Of a stretch of 64,000 nt of DNA, positions 19,774 to 27,479 are shown in pieces (within the stretch, counting starts at the first letter, position 1; each line of letters opens with the position of its first letter). The stretch covers positions 131,673-195,672 of the forward strand of contig CAKVHA010000001.1 of assembly GCA_934747775.1 (NCBI GenBank), read 5' to 3'. The position numbers were made by a program, and so were the translations under genes. The notes beneath the pieces are model-generated. The model made no database searches and was not told the origin of the DNA. It was given only the letters and a program-made list of their open reading frames with translations. The stretch comes from an uncultured Clostridia bacterium. Its GTDB lineage: Bacteria; Bacillota; Clostridia; Christensenellales; UBA1242.

Positions 19774-20202
19774 ATGATAGTAGATGAAATTAAAAAAGCC
19801 AACATCGAGGCTTTAAAAAATCACGATGCAAATTTGCGTAGTATTTATAGCGTTATTATGAACAAAATTATGTTGGCAAACATAAACGCTAGAGCAAATG
19901 AAACCGAACTAACTGATGCCGACGTTGTAAAACTTATTCAAAAAACAATTAAAGAACTAGACGAGGAAGCAGAAAACTACAAAAAAGTGGGTAATACCGA
20001 AGAAGCCGATAAAATTGATCTTCAACGCAAAGCCCTAGAAAAATATTTACCAGCAATGCTTAGCAAGGATAAAATTAAAGAAATCATTATGGGACTAGAA
20101 GACAAAACTGTCCCTTCAGTTATGCGCCACTTCAAAACCAATTACGCTGGCAAATGCGATATGAAAGAAGTTAGCGAAGTCCTAAAGTCAATTAATGGCT
20201 AA
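19774..20202 (+). CDS. yqeY: GatB/YqeY-domain protein
   Basis: 142 aa. The pattern ...LRSIYSVIMNK...LTDADVVKLIQKTIKELDE...YLP..LSKDKIKEII... matches the YqeY family. Confidence 0.75.
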   Translation: MIVDEIKKANIEALKNHDANLRSIYSVIMNKIMLANINARANETELTDADVVKLIQKTIKELDEEAENYKKVGNTEEADKIDLQRKALEKYLPAMLSKDKIKEIIMGLEDKTVPSVMRHFKTNYAGKCDMKEVSEVLKSING

Positions 20203-20440
20203 TTTTTAGTTAAAATAGTTGGTTAATTTTATTTAAAAAACAAAATTTTAAAAAATAATTTAGTTTAATTTTTAAAGTTGGTTATAAAAAGTTAGAGTTT
20301 TTAGTCTAACTTTTTTTGTTTTTTATCTGCTCAAAATTTTCACATTTTAAGATATTTTCAAAAAAAGTATAGTTTTTGACAATAAGTGGATAGTTGTTGT
20401 TAACATTAAAAAATAATTTTAAAAACTTTCATTTTTTTGT

Positions 20441-20469
20441 TTGACACTGTGTTTGCATTGTGCTACTAT
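20441..20469 (+). promoter_or_regulatory. Sigma-A type promoter of the nrdD operon
   Basis: TTGACA (20441-20446), a 17-bp spacer, then TACTAT (20464-20469). Confidence 0.6.
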
Positions 20470-20481
20470 CGTGGTAGTTAA

Positions 20482-20529
20482 ACACAAGTTGTAGTGGTTG
20501 GTTGCTATTCTACACACTATATATTGTAT
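20482..20529 (+). promoter_or_regulatory. Two candidate NrdR boxes
   Basis: acactatatattgtat (20514-20529) matches 15/16 positions of the acaCwAtATaTwGtgt consensus as I recall it. acacaagttgtagtgg (20482-20497) matches 12/16. The centre-to-centre spacing is 32 bp. Both lie between the -10 and the nrdD RBS. Confidence 0.55.
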
Positions 20530-20567
20530 TACTAAATGCTATATTCACACAAAAAAAGGAGAGTAAT

Positions 20568-22940
20568 ATGTTTACAAAAATCAGAAAAAGAGATGGTAGG
20601 CTTGCAGACTATGACATCACGAAAATTGAAAATGCTATCGCTAAGGCTATGATGAGCATTGGTGACGGCGAAATTAAAGACTGCAAAAAAATGGCAAAAA
20701 TTGCTGAGTTATATCTTAACGAAAAATTTATTGACCAAATTCCTAGCGTAGAAGACATTCAAGATGTTGTAGAAAACGTTTTGATGAAAAACGGCTATGA
20801 AGATGTGGCAAAGGCCTATATTATATATCGTAGAGATCACGAGAAAATACGTAATATTAATAATACATTTCTTGACTACAAAGCAACCGTAGACAAATAT
20901 TTAAAACTTGCCGACTGGCGTGTTAAGGAAAATAGTACCGTAACATATTCGGTTGGTGGACTTATTCTTTCTAATAGTGGTGCAATTACCGCTAACTATT
21001 GGCTTAGCGATGTGTACGATAAGGAAATTGAGCAGGCGCACAAAAATGCCGATATTCACATTCACGACCTTAGTATGCTAACAGGTTACTGCGCTGGCTG
21101 GTCACTAAAACAACTTATTAAAGAAGGTCTTGGCGGCGTTCCTGGAAAAATTACTAGTAGCCCAGCAAAACACCTAAGCACACTTTGCAACCAAATGGTT
21201 AACTTTTTGGGCATAATGCAAAACGAGTGGGCAGGTGCACAAGCGTTTTCTTCGTTTGACACATATCTTGCACCTTTTGTAAAAGTGGATAACCTTACAT
21301 ACAAACAAGTTAAGCAAGGTTTGCAGTCGTTTATTTACGGTGTAAACACTCCTAGCCGTTGGGGCACACAAGCACCTTTTACAAACATTACTCTAGACTG
21401 GGTTGTTCCAAACGATTTAGCCGAACTTAACGCTATTGTTGGTGGTGAAGAACAAGACTTTAAATACAAAGATTGCCAAAAAGAAATGGCTATGATTAAT
21501 AAGGCTTTTATTGAAATTATGATTGAAGGCGACGCTAACGGCCGTGGTTTCCAATACCCAATTCCTACATATTCTATCACTAAAGATTTTGATTGGTCCG
21601 ACACCGAAAACAACCGCTTGTTGTTTGAAATGACCACAAAATATGGCACACCATATTTTTCAAACTACATCAATTCAGATATGGAACCAAGCGATGTTAG
21701 AAGTATGTGTTGCAGATTGCGCTTAGACCTAAGAGAACTTCGCCGTAAATCTGGCGGATACTTTGGCAGTGGCGAGTCTACTGGCAGCGTGGGCGTTGTA
21801 ACAATTAATATGCCACGTATTGCGTACTTGTCTAAGTCCGAAGAAGAGTTTTTCGAAAGACTAGCGCATATGATGGATATTTCTGCGCGTAGCTTAAAAA
21901 TTAAACGTGAAACCATTACAAAATTACTAGAAAACGGATTGTATCCTTACACAAAACGCTATCTTGGCACATTTAACAACCACTTCTCAACAATTGGTTT
22001 AGTGGGTATGAACGAAGCGTGTTTAAATGCGGTGTGGATAGGTGAAGACCTTACTCACGAAGCTGCACAAGAATTTACTAAAAAGACCCTTAACTTTATG
22101 CGCGATAGACTTTCTACATATCAAGAAGAGTATGGCGACCTATACAACTTGGAAGCAACTCCAGCCGAAAGCACAAGCTATCGTCTTGCAAAACACGATA
22201 AAGAACGTTGGCCAGATATTATTACTGCCAACGATGATAGTAAAGTTCCTTATTACACAAATTCTAGCCACTTGCCAGTGGGCTACACCGACGACTTGTT
22301 TAAAGCACTAGATATTCAAGACGAACTTCAAACACTTTACACATCGGGCACAGTATTCCACACTTTTTTAGGTCAACGCCTAGAAAACTGGCAGGCAACA
22401 ATGAACCTAGTTAGAAAAATTGCGGAAAACTATCGTTTGCCATACTACACAATTAGCCCTACATATTCGGTTTGTGCAAGTCACGGATATCTAGACGGCG
22501 AACAAAAAACTTGCCCAATTTGCGGCGGCCCAACCGAAGTGTACAGCCGTATTACTGGTTACTATCGCCCAGTTGCAAACTGGAACGACGGAAAGAGTCA
22601 AGAATATAAAGACAGAAAAACATACAATGTGGAAACATCAAAAATGGAACACTGCCATAAAAAAGAATGTGAGTGTGATTGCCACGACGAAGAAACAATA
22701 TTTGTTCCTGAAAAACCAATGTTGTTTACAAGCCCAACTTGCCCAAACTGCAAAATGGCAAAAATGCTACTAAAAAATGCAAACTACGATTATGAGCTAA
22801 TAGATGCAACCGAAAACAAAGAGTTGTGCAAAAAACTTAATGTGGTTAAAGCGCCTACACTTATAATCCCTGGTGATGTGGTAACAATTTTAGATAATGT
22901 TAGCGACATTAAAAAATATTTAGAAGGACTTAAAAAATAA
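20568..22940 (+). CDS. nrdD: Anaerobic ribonucleoside-triphosphate reductase (class III) with an N-terminal ATP-cone and a C-terminal thioredoxin-fold extension
   Basis: A GGAGAG RBS precedes ATG 20568. ATP-cone: KIRKRDGRLADYD. The glycyl-radical motif SRITGYYRPV follows a CPICGG zinc ribbon. After that comes about 100 extra aa, with MEHCHKKECECDCH and then FTSPTCPNCKMAK...APTLIIPG. Confidence 0.9.
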   Translation: MFTKIRKRDGRLADYDITKIENAIAKAMMSIGDGEIKDCKKMAKIAELYLNEKFIDQIPSVEDIQDVVENVLMKNGYEDVAKAYIIYRRDHEKIRNINNTFLDYKATVDKYLKLADWRVKENSTVTYSVGGLILSNSGAITANYWLSDVYDKEIEQAHKNADIHIHDLSMLTGYCAGWSLKQLIKEGLGGVPGKITSSPAKHLSTLCNQMVNFLGIMQNEWAGAQAFSSFDTYLAPFVKVDNLTYKQVKQGLQSFIYGVNTPSRWGTQAPFTNITLDWVVPNDLAELNAIVGGEEQDFKYKDCQKEMAMINKAFIEIMIEGDANGRGFQYPIPTYSITKDFDWSDTENNRLLFEMTTKYGTPYFSNYINSDMEPSDVRSMCCRLRLDLRELRRKSGGYFGSGESTGSVGVVTINMPRIAYLSKSEEEFFERLAHMMDISARSLKIKRETITKLLENGLYPYTKRYLGTFNNHFSTIGLVGMNEACLNAVWIGEDLTHEAAQEFTKKTLNFMRDRLSTYQEEYGDLYNLEATPAESTSYRLAKHDKERWPDIITANDDSKVPYYTNSSHLPVGYTDDLFKALDIQDELQTLYTSGTVFHTFLGQRLENWQATMNLVRKIAENYRLPYYTISPTYSVCASHGYLDGEQKTCPICGGPTEVYSRITGYYRPVANWNDGKSQEYKDRKTYNVETSKMEHCHKKECECDCHDEETIFVPEKPMLFTSPTCPNCKMAKMLLKNANYDYELIDATENKELCKKLNVVKAPTLIIPGDVVTILDNVSDIKKYLEGLKK

Positions 22941-22942
22941 TT

Positions 22943-23851
22943 ATGTTTGATATAACAATAATTGGCAGCGGGGCGGCGGGTATGACTGCCGCCCTTTATG
23001 CTTTAAGAGGTGAAAAACAAGTACTTTTGCTAGAGCGCGAAAACTACGGCGGTCAAATAGCAAAATCGCCTAAGGTGGAAAATTACCCCACAATTAAAAG
23101 CATTTCGGGATACGAACTGTCCGATAGAATGTTTGACCAAATAACAAATATGGGCGTAACTTTTGAGTTAGAAGATGTAAACAAACTAGAAAAAGTGGAT
23201 AATGTTTTTAAAATAACAACCGATTACAACACCTACGAGAGCAAAAGTGTGATAATTGCAAATGGTGTAAAACCACGTATGCTAAACCTAGAAAACGAAG
23301 AAAAATTGCTAGGCAAAGGCGTGTATTACTGCGCAATTTGCGACGGACCATTCTTTAAAGGGCAAGATGTTGTTTTGGTGGGTGATGGCAATAGCGCTAT
23401 GCAATATGCGCAATTACTAGCGGGTTTTTGTCACAAAGTCACACTTGTTACTATGTTTGACAAGTTTTTTGGCGAAAAAGGACTAGAAGACGCGGTTAGA
23501 AAAAATAAAAAAATAGAAATAATTCCAAACGCGGTTGCTAGTAAATTAGTAGGTGACAAAACACTTACGGCTGTTGAGTTTAAACGAAACAACGGCGAAA
23601 CGTTTGTAATTAACACACCCGCACTTTTTGTTGCTATTGGTCAAATTCCAGACAACGCTATGTTTAAAGATTTGGTTGATTTAGATAAGGCTGGATATAT
23701 TGCAGCCGATGAATCTTGCACCACAAAAACGGCTGGCTTGTTTGTTGCTGGCGACTGCCGCACAAAAGCGGTTAGGCAAGTTGCAACCGCAGTTGGAGAT
23801 GGTGCAGTGGCTGCAACAGCGGCTGTAAACTATGTAAACTCGCTTAATTAA
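22943..23851 (+). CDS. trxB: Thioredoxin-reductase-family flavoprotein (low-Mr TrxR fold; NADPH-specificity motif absent)
   Basis: FAD motif IIGSGAAGMTAALY, redox CAICDG, second dinucleotide motif VGDGNSAMQYA, and GLFVAGDC. HRRxxxR is replaced by VTMFDKFFG. Confidence 0.8.
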   Translation: MFDITIIGSGAAGMTAALYALRGEKQVLLLERENYGGQIAKSPKVENYPTIKSISGYELSDRMFDQITNMGVTFELEDVNKLEKVDNVFKITTDYNTYESKSVIIANGVKPRMLNLENEEKLLGKGVYYCAICDGPFFKGQDVVLVGDGNSAMQYAQLLAGFCHKVTLVTMFDKFFGEKGLEDAVRKNKKIEIIPNAVASKLVGDKTLTAVEFKRNNGETFVINTPALFVAIGQIPDNAMFKDLVDLDKAGYIAADESCTTKTAGLFVAGDCRTKAVRQVATAVGDGAVAATAAVNYVNSLN

Positions 23852-23919
23852 AAGCGGATAAAAATAAAAATGCAAACATTACACAATTTGTTTGCACTAG
23901 TACTTTTAAGGAAATTAAA

Positions 23920-24606
23920 ATGAAAATTTACGGATTAGAAAAATTGTCTATGGTCGATTTTGGCAAACGCTGCGCGGCTGTTGTTTTTACTGGCGGCTGC
24001 AACTTTAGGTGTCCGTTTTGCCACAACTCTGGGTTGGTGGAAGGCACTGTAACGCCGCTAGACGAAACACAAGTTTTTGAATATTTAAAAAAGCGAAAAG
24101 GTCTTTTAGATGGTATTGTTGTAAGCGGCGGCGAACCTACAATCCAGCCAGACTTGCCTGATTTTATTGCTAAAATCCGCGAAATGGGTTATGCAGTAAA
24201 ACTGGATACAAACGGCACAAATTATGAAATGCTAAAAAGTTTAATAGATCGCAAACTTGTGGACTTTGTGGCTATGGATGTAAAAAATTCCATTTCGGAA
24301 TATCCAGCCACCGTTGGCGTAAAAAACTTTGACCCTACAAACATACTAAAAAGTATAGAGTTGTTAAAGTCGGGAGTAGTGGACTATGAGTTTCGCACAA
24401 CGCTAGTAAACGGGTTGCACACTCTTAAGTCAATAACCAAAATGGCGGATTTGTTGGATGGCGCAAAAGTGTTGTATCTTCAAAAATTTGTGGATAACGG
24501 CACGAACATTAAAGATAATCTTTCCGAAATTCCGCTTGATATTGCTAAAAGCTTTCAAAACATTTTGCAATCACACATATCAAATGTGTATTTGCGCGGA
24601 TATTAA
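23920..24606 (+). CDS. nrdG: Anaerobic RNR activating protein (radical SAM)
   Basis: GGCNFRCPFCHN cluster motif, GIVVSGGEPT, and a ~228-aa size. It lies in the operon with nrdD. Confidence 0.85.
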   Translation: MKIYGLEKLSMVDFGKRCAAVVFTGGCNFRCPFCHNSGLVEGTVTPLDETQVFEYLKKRKGLLDGIVVSGGEPTIQPDLPDFIAKIREMGYAVKLDTNGTNYEMLKSLIDRKLVDFVAMDVKNSISEYPATVGVKNFDPTNILKSIELLKSGVVDYEFRTTLVNGLHTLKSITKMADLLDGAKVLYLQKFVDNGTNIKDNLSEIPLDIAKSFQNILQSHISNVYLRGY

Positions 24607-24794
24607 AATTTTATTGCTTTAAAACGCACAGCTTAGTTGTTGTGTAAAAAGTATAGCTGTTTTGCAAATTGTGAAACAATTATTTTAAAAATAGATTGAT
24701 TTAAAAAAGAAACCTAAAACATAAAACTAACCTTGGTCTTGTTTTAATTTGGGTTTCTTTTTTTGTGGTTATTAAATTAATATAGAATTTATCG

Positions 24795-25307
24795 TTATTT
24801 TATTAGTTCTTGCGTGTGATTTGTTGGAAGTGTTTCCACTGTTTTAAAGTCGTGATGCAACATTTTCATATCCTTATCGAATTTTACATTGCCCAACACT
24901 TTTTTGCCTTCTAGTACTTTTGGAAGCCACAATAAGTCGTCTTCTAACATTCTATCGTAAGGTGGGTTATTGATATCAAACCAGTGCGGAATAATTTCTT
25001 CGGTTTCTTTAATTTGTCCTAAGTATTTGTGGCAAGTGTATATGTACATTTGCATATCTGCGTGTTCGCCTTTGTACCACAAGTCAAAGTTGATTTTTCC
25101 AACTTGTGTGTAGTCGGTGGGTTTTGCACCTATTTCTTCTTCGCATTCTCTTATCATTGCTTGCTCAATTGTTTCACCAGGGTCTTGTTTTCCACCTATG
25201 CCGTTTAGCGTGCCTTTTGCAAAACCGCGTTTTTTCTCTCCAAGTAAAATTTTGTTATCTTTAATAAATAGTGTTAGTGTTGTGTTTATCCTTTTTAAAT
25301 TATCCAT
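24795..25307 (-). CDS. NUDIX hydrolase (MutT-like)
   Basis: Nudix box GIGGKQDPGETIEQAMIRECEEEIG. Confidence 0.85.
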   Translation of the reverse strand: MDNLKRINTTLTLFIKDNKILLGEKKRGFAKGTLNGIGGKQDPGETIEQAMIRECEEEIGAKPTDYTQVGKINFDLWYKGEHADMQMYIYTCHKYLGQIKETEEIIPHWFDINNPPYDRMLEDDLLWLPKVLEGKKVLGNVKFDKDMKMLHHDFKTVETLPTNHTQELIK

Positions 25308-25720
25308 ATATTTCTCCTAAAAAAAATTTGTTTAAGCTGTTAAAAATTAACCTCCTTATTTAAATAGCAAAAATAACACAGCCAAATTATAATTTGCAGT
25401 ATTTTTTTTGCCATTCTTAAGAACTTAATCTTCTTTACTTAAACAAACGGAATGGGCGAATATTTGTACCCTTATATTACAACACCTTACCTAAATTGTC
25501 AATACTAAATTTTTATAAAGGCTTTTAAAAAAACAAATACTTAATTATATTAAGAAATAAAAAATCACTATCAAAACTAGTGATTTTTTGTTGTGGTGCA
25601 CCACCTACGATGTAAGTTGAACCGAAAGGTTTGATTTACGTTATTTCCTTTGCGAAAAAATAAGGGGCAGAACAATTATGCCTGCTTTATTATGTTTGAT
25701 GTTATTATTTTTAAAAGGTT

Positions 25721-25888
25721 TTAATTCCCCCAAATCACGATTTTTCTCGCTATATCATCACACTTATTATCAATCTTTTTTAATTCTAAAACTATTTCTA
25801 TTAAAAGTTCTTTTTCGGATAGGTTGATCAATCTCTCTCTTTTGTCCTGCTCTTTTAAAACATTTCTATTAATTAATTTTTTAAACAT
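25721..25888 (-). CDS. Small hydrophilic protein (55 aa), absent from the ORF track
   Basis: An AAGGTGG RBS lies 6 nt before ATG 25888, and the gene starts 19 nt downstream of the stop of the HTH gene. My translation is MFKKLINRNVLKEQDKRERLINLSEKELLIEIVLELKKIDNKCDDIARKIVIWGN. Confidence 0.45.
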   Translation of the reverse strand: MFKKLINRNVLKEQDKRERLINLSEKELLIEIVLELKKIDNKCDDIARKIVIWGN

Positions 25889-25907
25889 AATGTACCACCT
25901 TGTATTT

Positions 25908-26996
25908 TTAATAATGGTTGAATGAAGGTAATTCTTTAATTAACTTTTCAATATCACTATCTTTTACAGTGCTATCATTAACAATGATTACACATTCATA
26001 GAAATCATTATCTTTAGAACTCTTAACTCCACCTAATTCATTGCATACATAACAGGAACTCTTATCAATTTTAGTTGCTATTTTTTTATTATAGCTAATT
26101 CCAAAGTTTAAAATTTCTGACGCTTGTGCTTTATATTTGTCTAAGTGTTTTAAAGCATAGTCTAAACAGTTGTTTAATATCGGGTTTATTGAATAATAAG
26201 TTAATATGTCCGTTTTTAGTTTTCTTTTAGCAATGCTTCCTAAATTTAAATCGTATTTTTTAATCTTGAATAAAGAAGCAAATATGTTTTTATTATCCAA
26301 CAGTATTTCTAAATAGTCGGGCGAATAAAATATTGAATTCGTACCACCATAATGCCCGTTAGTAAAAAACATATTATAAGAATCATATATGTCATTAAAC
26401 AGTTCGGCATCGCCCATACTTGCAACAAGCCTTGCAAATCCGATAGCGTTTTCAAAATTGCACCAAGTTATTCCTTTTTCTTTCTTGAAATCGAAATGAT
26501 TATAATGCCATTTTAATGAAATTCCGTATTCGTCGTGCAAATATCTAACACCATTTACTGCTTGGTACTCAACAACATAATCCAGAAAAGTTTTCCCAAA
26601 TTCGTCGGTGTTATTCATTATAGATTTACCGTCTTTCGCTAATAATTTATCAAATTCTTCTATATACAAATCGGGATTATCTAAATACGTATAATACCTA
26701 AACCCTTTATTAAACGGCACATTTTCTTTTTCAACGGGAAGTTTATAGGCATTCTCGTCTAACATTCTGGCTAAAGAAACACCAAATATTTTTTCTAATG
26801 GAACTATAAATTCATATTTGAGCGGCCTTTGTTCTTTTAGCATTTTTGAGAAATTTGATTTTTCTTTTTCGGCAAATATATATGCTTCCTTTCTGTTAAT
26901 ACCTAACTGATGTGCTATATCAATTAGAAGGTGGCTATACATCTTGATACCTTTTAATTGCATATATCGGTCTATGTTTTTCTTTAAATTACTCAT
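25908..26996 (-). CDS. HTH (XRE-like) domain protein with a ~280-aa C-terminal domain of unknown type
   Basis: A GGAG RBS precedes ATG 26996; the ORF-track start at 27080 lacks one. The N-terminus (NIDRYMQLKGIKMYSHLLIDIAHQLGI...IVPLEKIFGVSLARML) is Cro/C1-like. The remainder is not recognisable and may be a helical-repeat or ankyrin-like domain. Confidence 0.65.
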   Translation of the reverse strand: MSNLKKNIDRYMQLKGIKMYSHLLIDIAHQLGINRKEAYIFAEKEKSNFSKMLKEQRPLKYEFIVPLEKIFGVSLARMLDENAYKLPVEKENVPFNKGFRYYTYLDNPDLYIEEFDKLLAKDGKSIMNNTDEFGKTFLDYVVEYQAVNGVRYLHDEYGISLKWHYNHFDFKKEKGITWCNFENAIGFARLVASMGDAELFNDIYDSYNMFFTNGHYGGTNSIFYSPDYLEILLDNKNIFASLFKIKKYDLNLGSIAKRKLKTDILTYYSINPILNNCLDYALKHLDKYKAQASEILNFGISYNKKIATKIDKSSCYVCNELGGVKSSKDNDFYECVIIVNDSTVKDSDIEKLIKELPSFNHY

Positions 26997-27072
26997 CGTA
27001 CAATCTCCAAATATGTTTAAATTTATTTTCACATAAAGTATAGCACATACTTGGAGCGATTTCAAACATTTT

Positions 27073-27090
27073 GTTGTCATTTAAGACAAC
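27073..27090. promoter_or_regulatory. Perfect palindrome GTTGTC-ATTTAA-GACAAC upstream of the HTH gene promoter
   Basis: 6-bp arms with a 6-bp spacer. It lies just upstream of a minus-strand TGcTATACT extended -10 (27037-45). ATATGAC(A/C) also recurs, at about 27119 and 27145. Confidence 0.35.
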
Positions 27091-27204
27091 TTTTGTGGTC
27101 TTTTTTGACTGTACTAAAAAATATGACCCTTGAGAAAACAGTCAAATATGACAACTTATTTAAAAATTATTCAAAGACAAGTGTAGATAAAAAGCAAGTG
27201 GGAA

Positions 27205-27235
27205 AAGAAAGAACACATTTGTTCTTTCTTTTTTC
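27205..27235. terminator. Hairpin terminator between the protease and HTH transcription units
   Basis: aagaaagaac-acattt-gttctttctt followed by tttttc. The T-run is stronger on the + strand, and the reverse complement is followed only by cttttcc. Confidence 0.45.
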
Positions 27236-27299
27236 TGATATTATGTTTCATTTTATCTTGTTGTCAAGCACCTTTCACGGCATAAACCGCCACTTTGCT

Positions 27300-27479
27300 T
27301 TACTGAATTTTTATTTCTTTTTGATCATCTTGCTGATCTATTGGTTCCTGAAGATTTACAATTAGTATATTGTTCTGCATTAATTGAAATAAAGTATTTG
27401 GAATTGCTGAACTACTCGCATTAAGAAAATTAATACTATTTGCAACATTTGAATTGAATATTGTTTTATTTTGTAGCAT
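27300..27479 (-). CDS. Possible small protein (59 aa) overlapping the protease stop
   Basis: ATG 27479 is preceded by AAGGATGGG and overlaps the last 14 nt of the protease gene. Peptide: MLQNKTIFNSNVANSINFLNASSSAIPNTLFQLMQNNILIVNLQEPIDQQDDQKEIKIQ. The composition is AT-driven, so it could be spurious. Confidence 0.3.
   Translation of the reverse strand: MLQNKTIFNSNVANSINFLNASSSAIPNTLFQLMQNNILIVNLQEPIDQQDDQKEIKIQ

Noticed and set aside
20502-20567. N-terminal extensions proposed by the ORF track (nrdD 20502, SPT-like 2703, glyQS 38818, HTH gene 27080, membrane protein 16164, Cys-rich 755)
   Set aside because: In each case an internal ATG is preceded by a good Shine-Dalgarno sequence and coincides with the conserved family N-terminus. 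The upstream starts lack an RBS or overlap promoter or operator sequence or the preceding CDS.
25593-25640. Possible tRNA fragment or att site (ttgtggtgcaccacc) that might pair with the tRNA-Leu 3' end as an island boundary repeat
   Set aside because: Only about 7 nt (gtggtgc) are shared with the tRNA-Leu 3' end (gagtggtgccgaagg). There is no T-arm-like sequence, and a match this short is expected by chance. The left border of the islet therefore remains undefined.
27051-27365. 104-aa + strand ORF in the islet intergenic region, and a 50-aa hydrophobic + strand ORF at ~25677-25829 antisense to the 55-aa gene
   Set aside because: Neither has a convincing start context. The first reads through a hairpin terminator. 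Both have Phe/Leu/Ile-rich composition typical of random frames in very AT-rich DNA. I cannot exclude a type-I-toxin-like peptide for the second, but I see no positive evidence for one.
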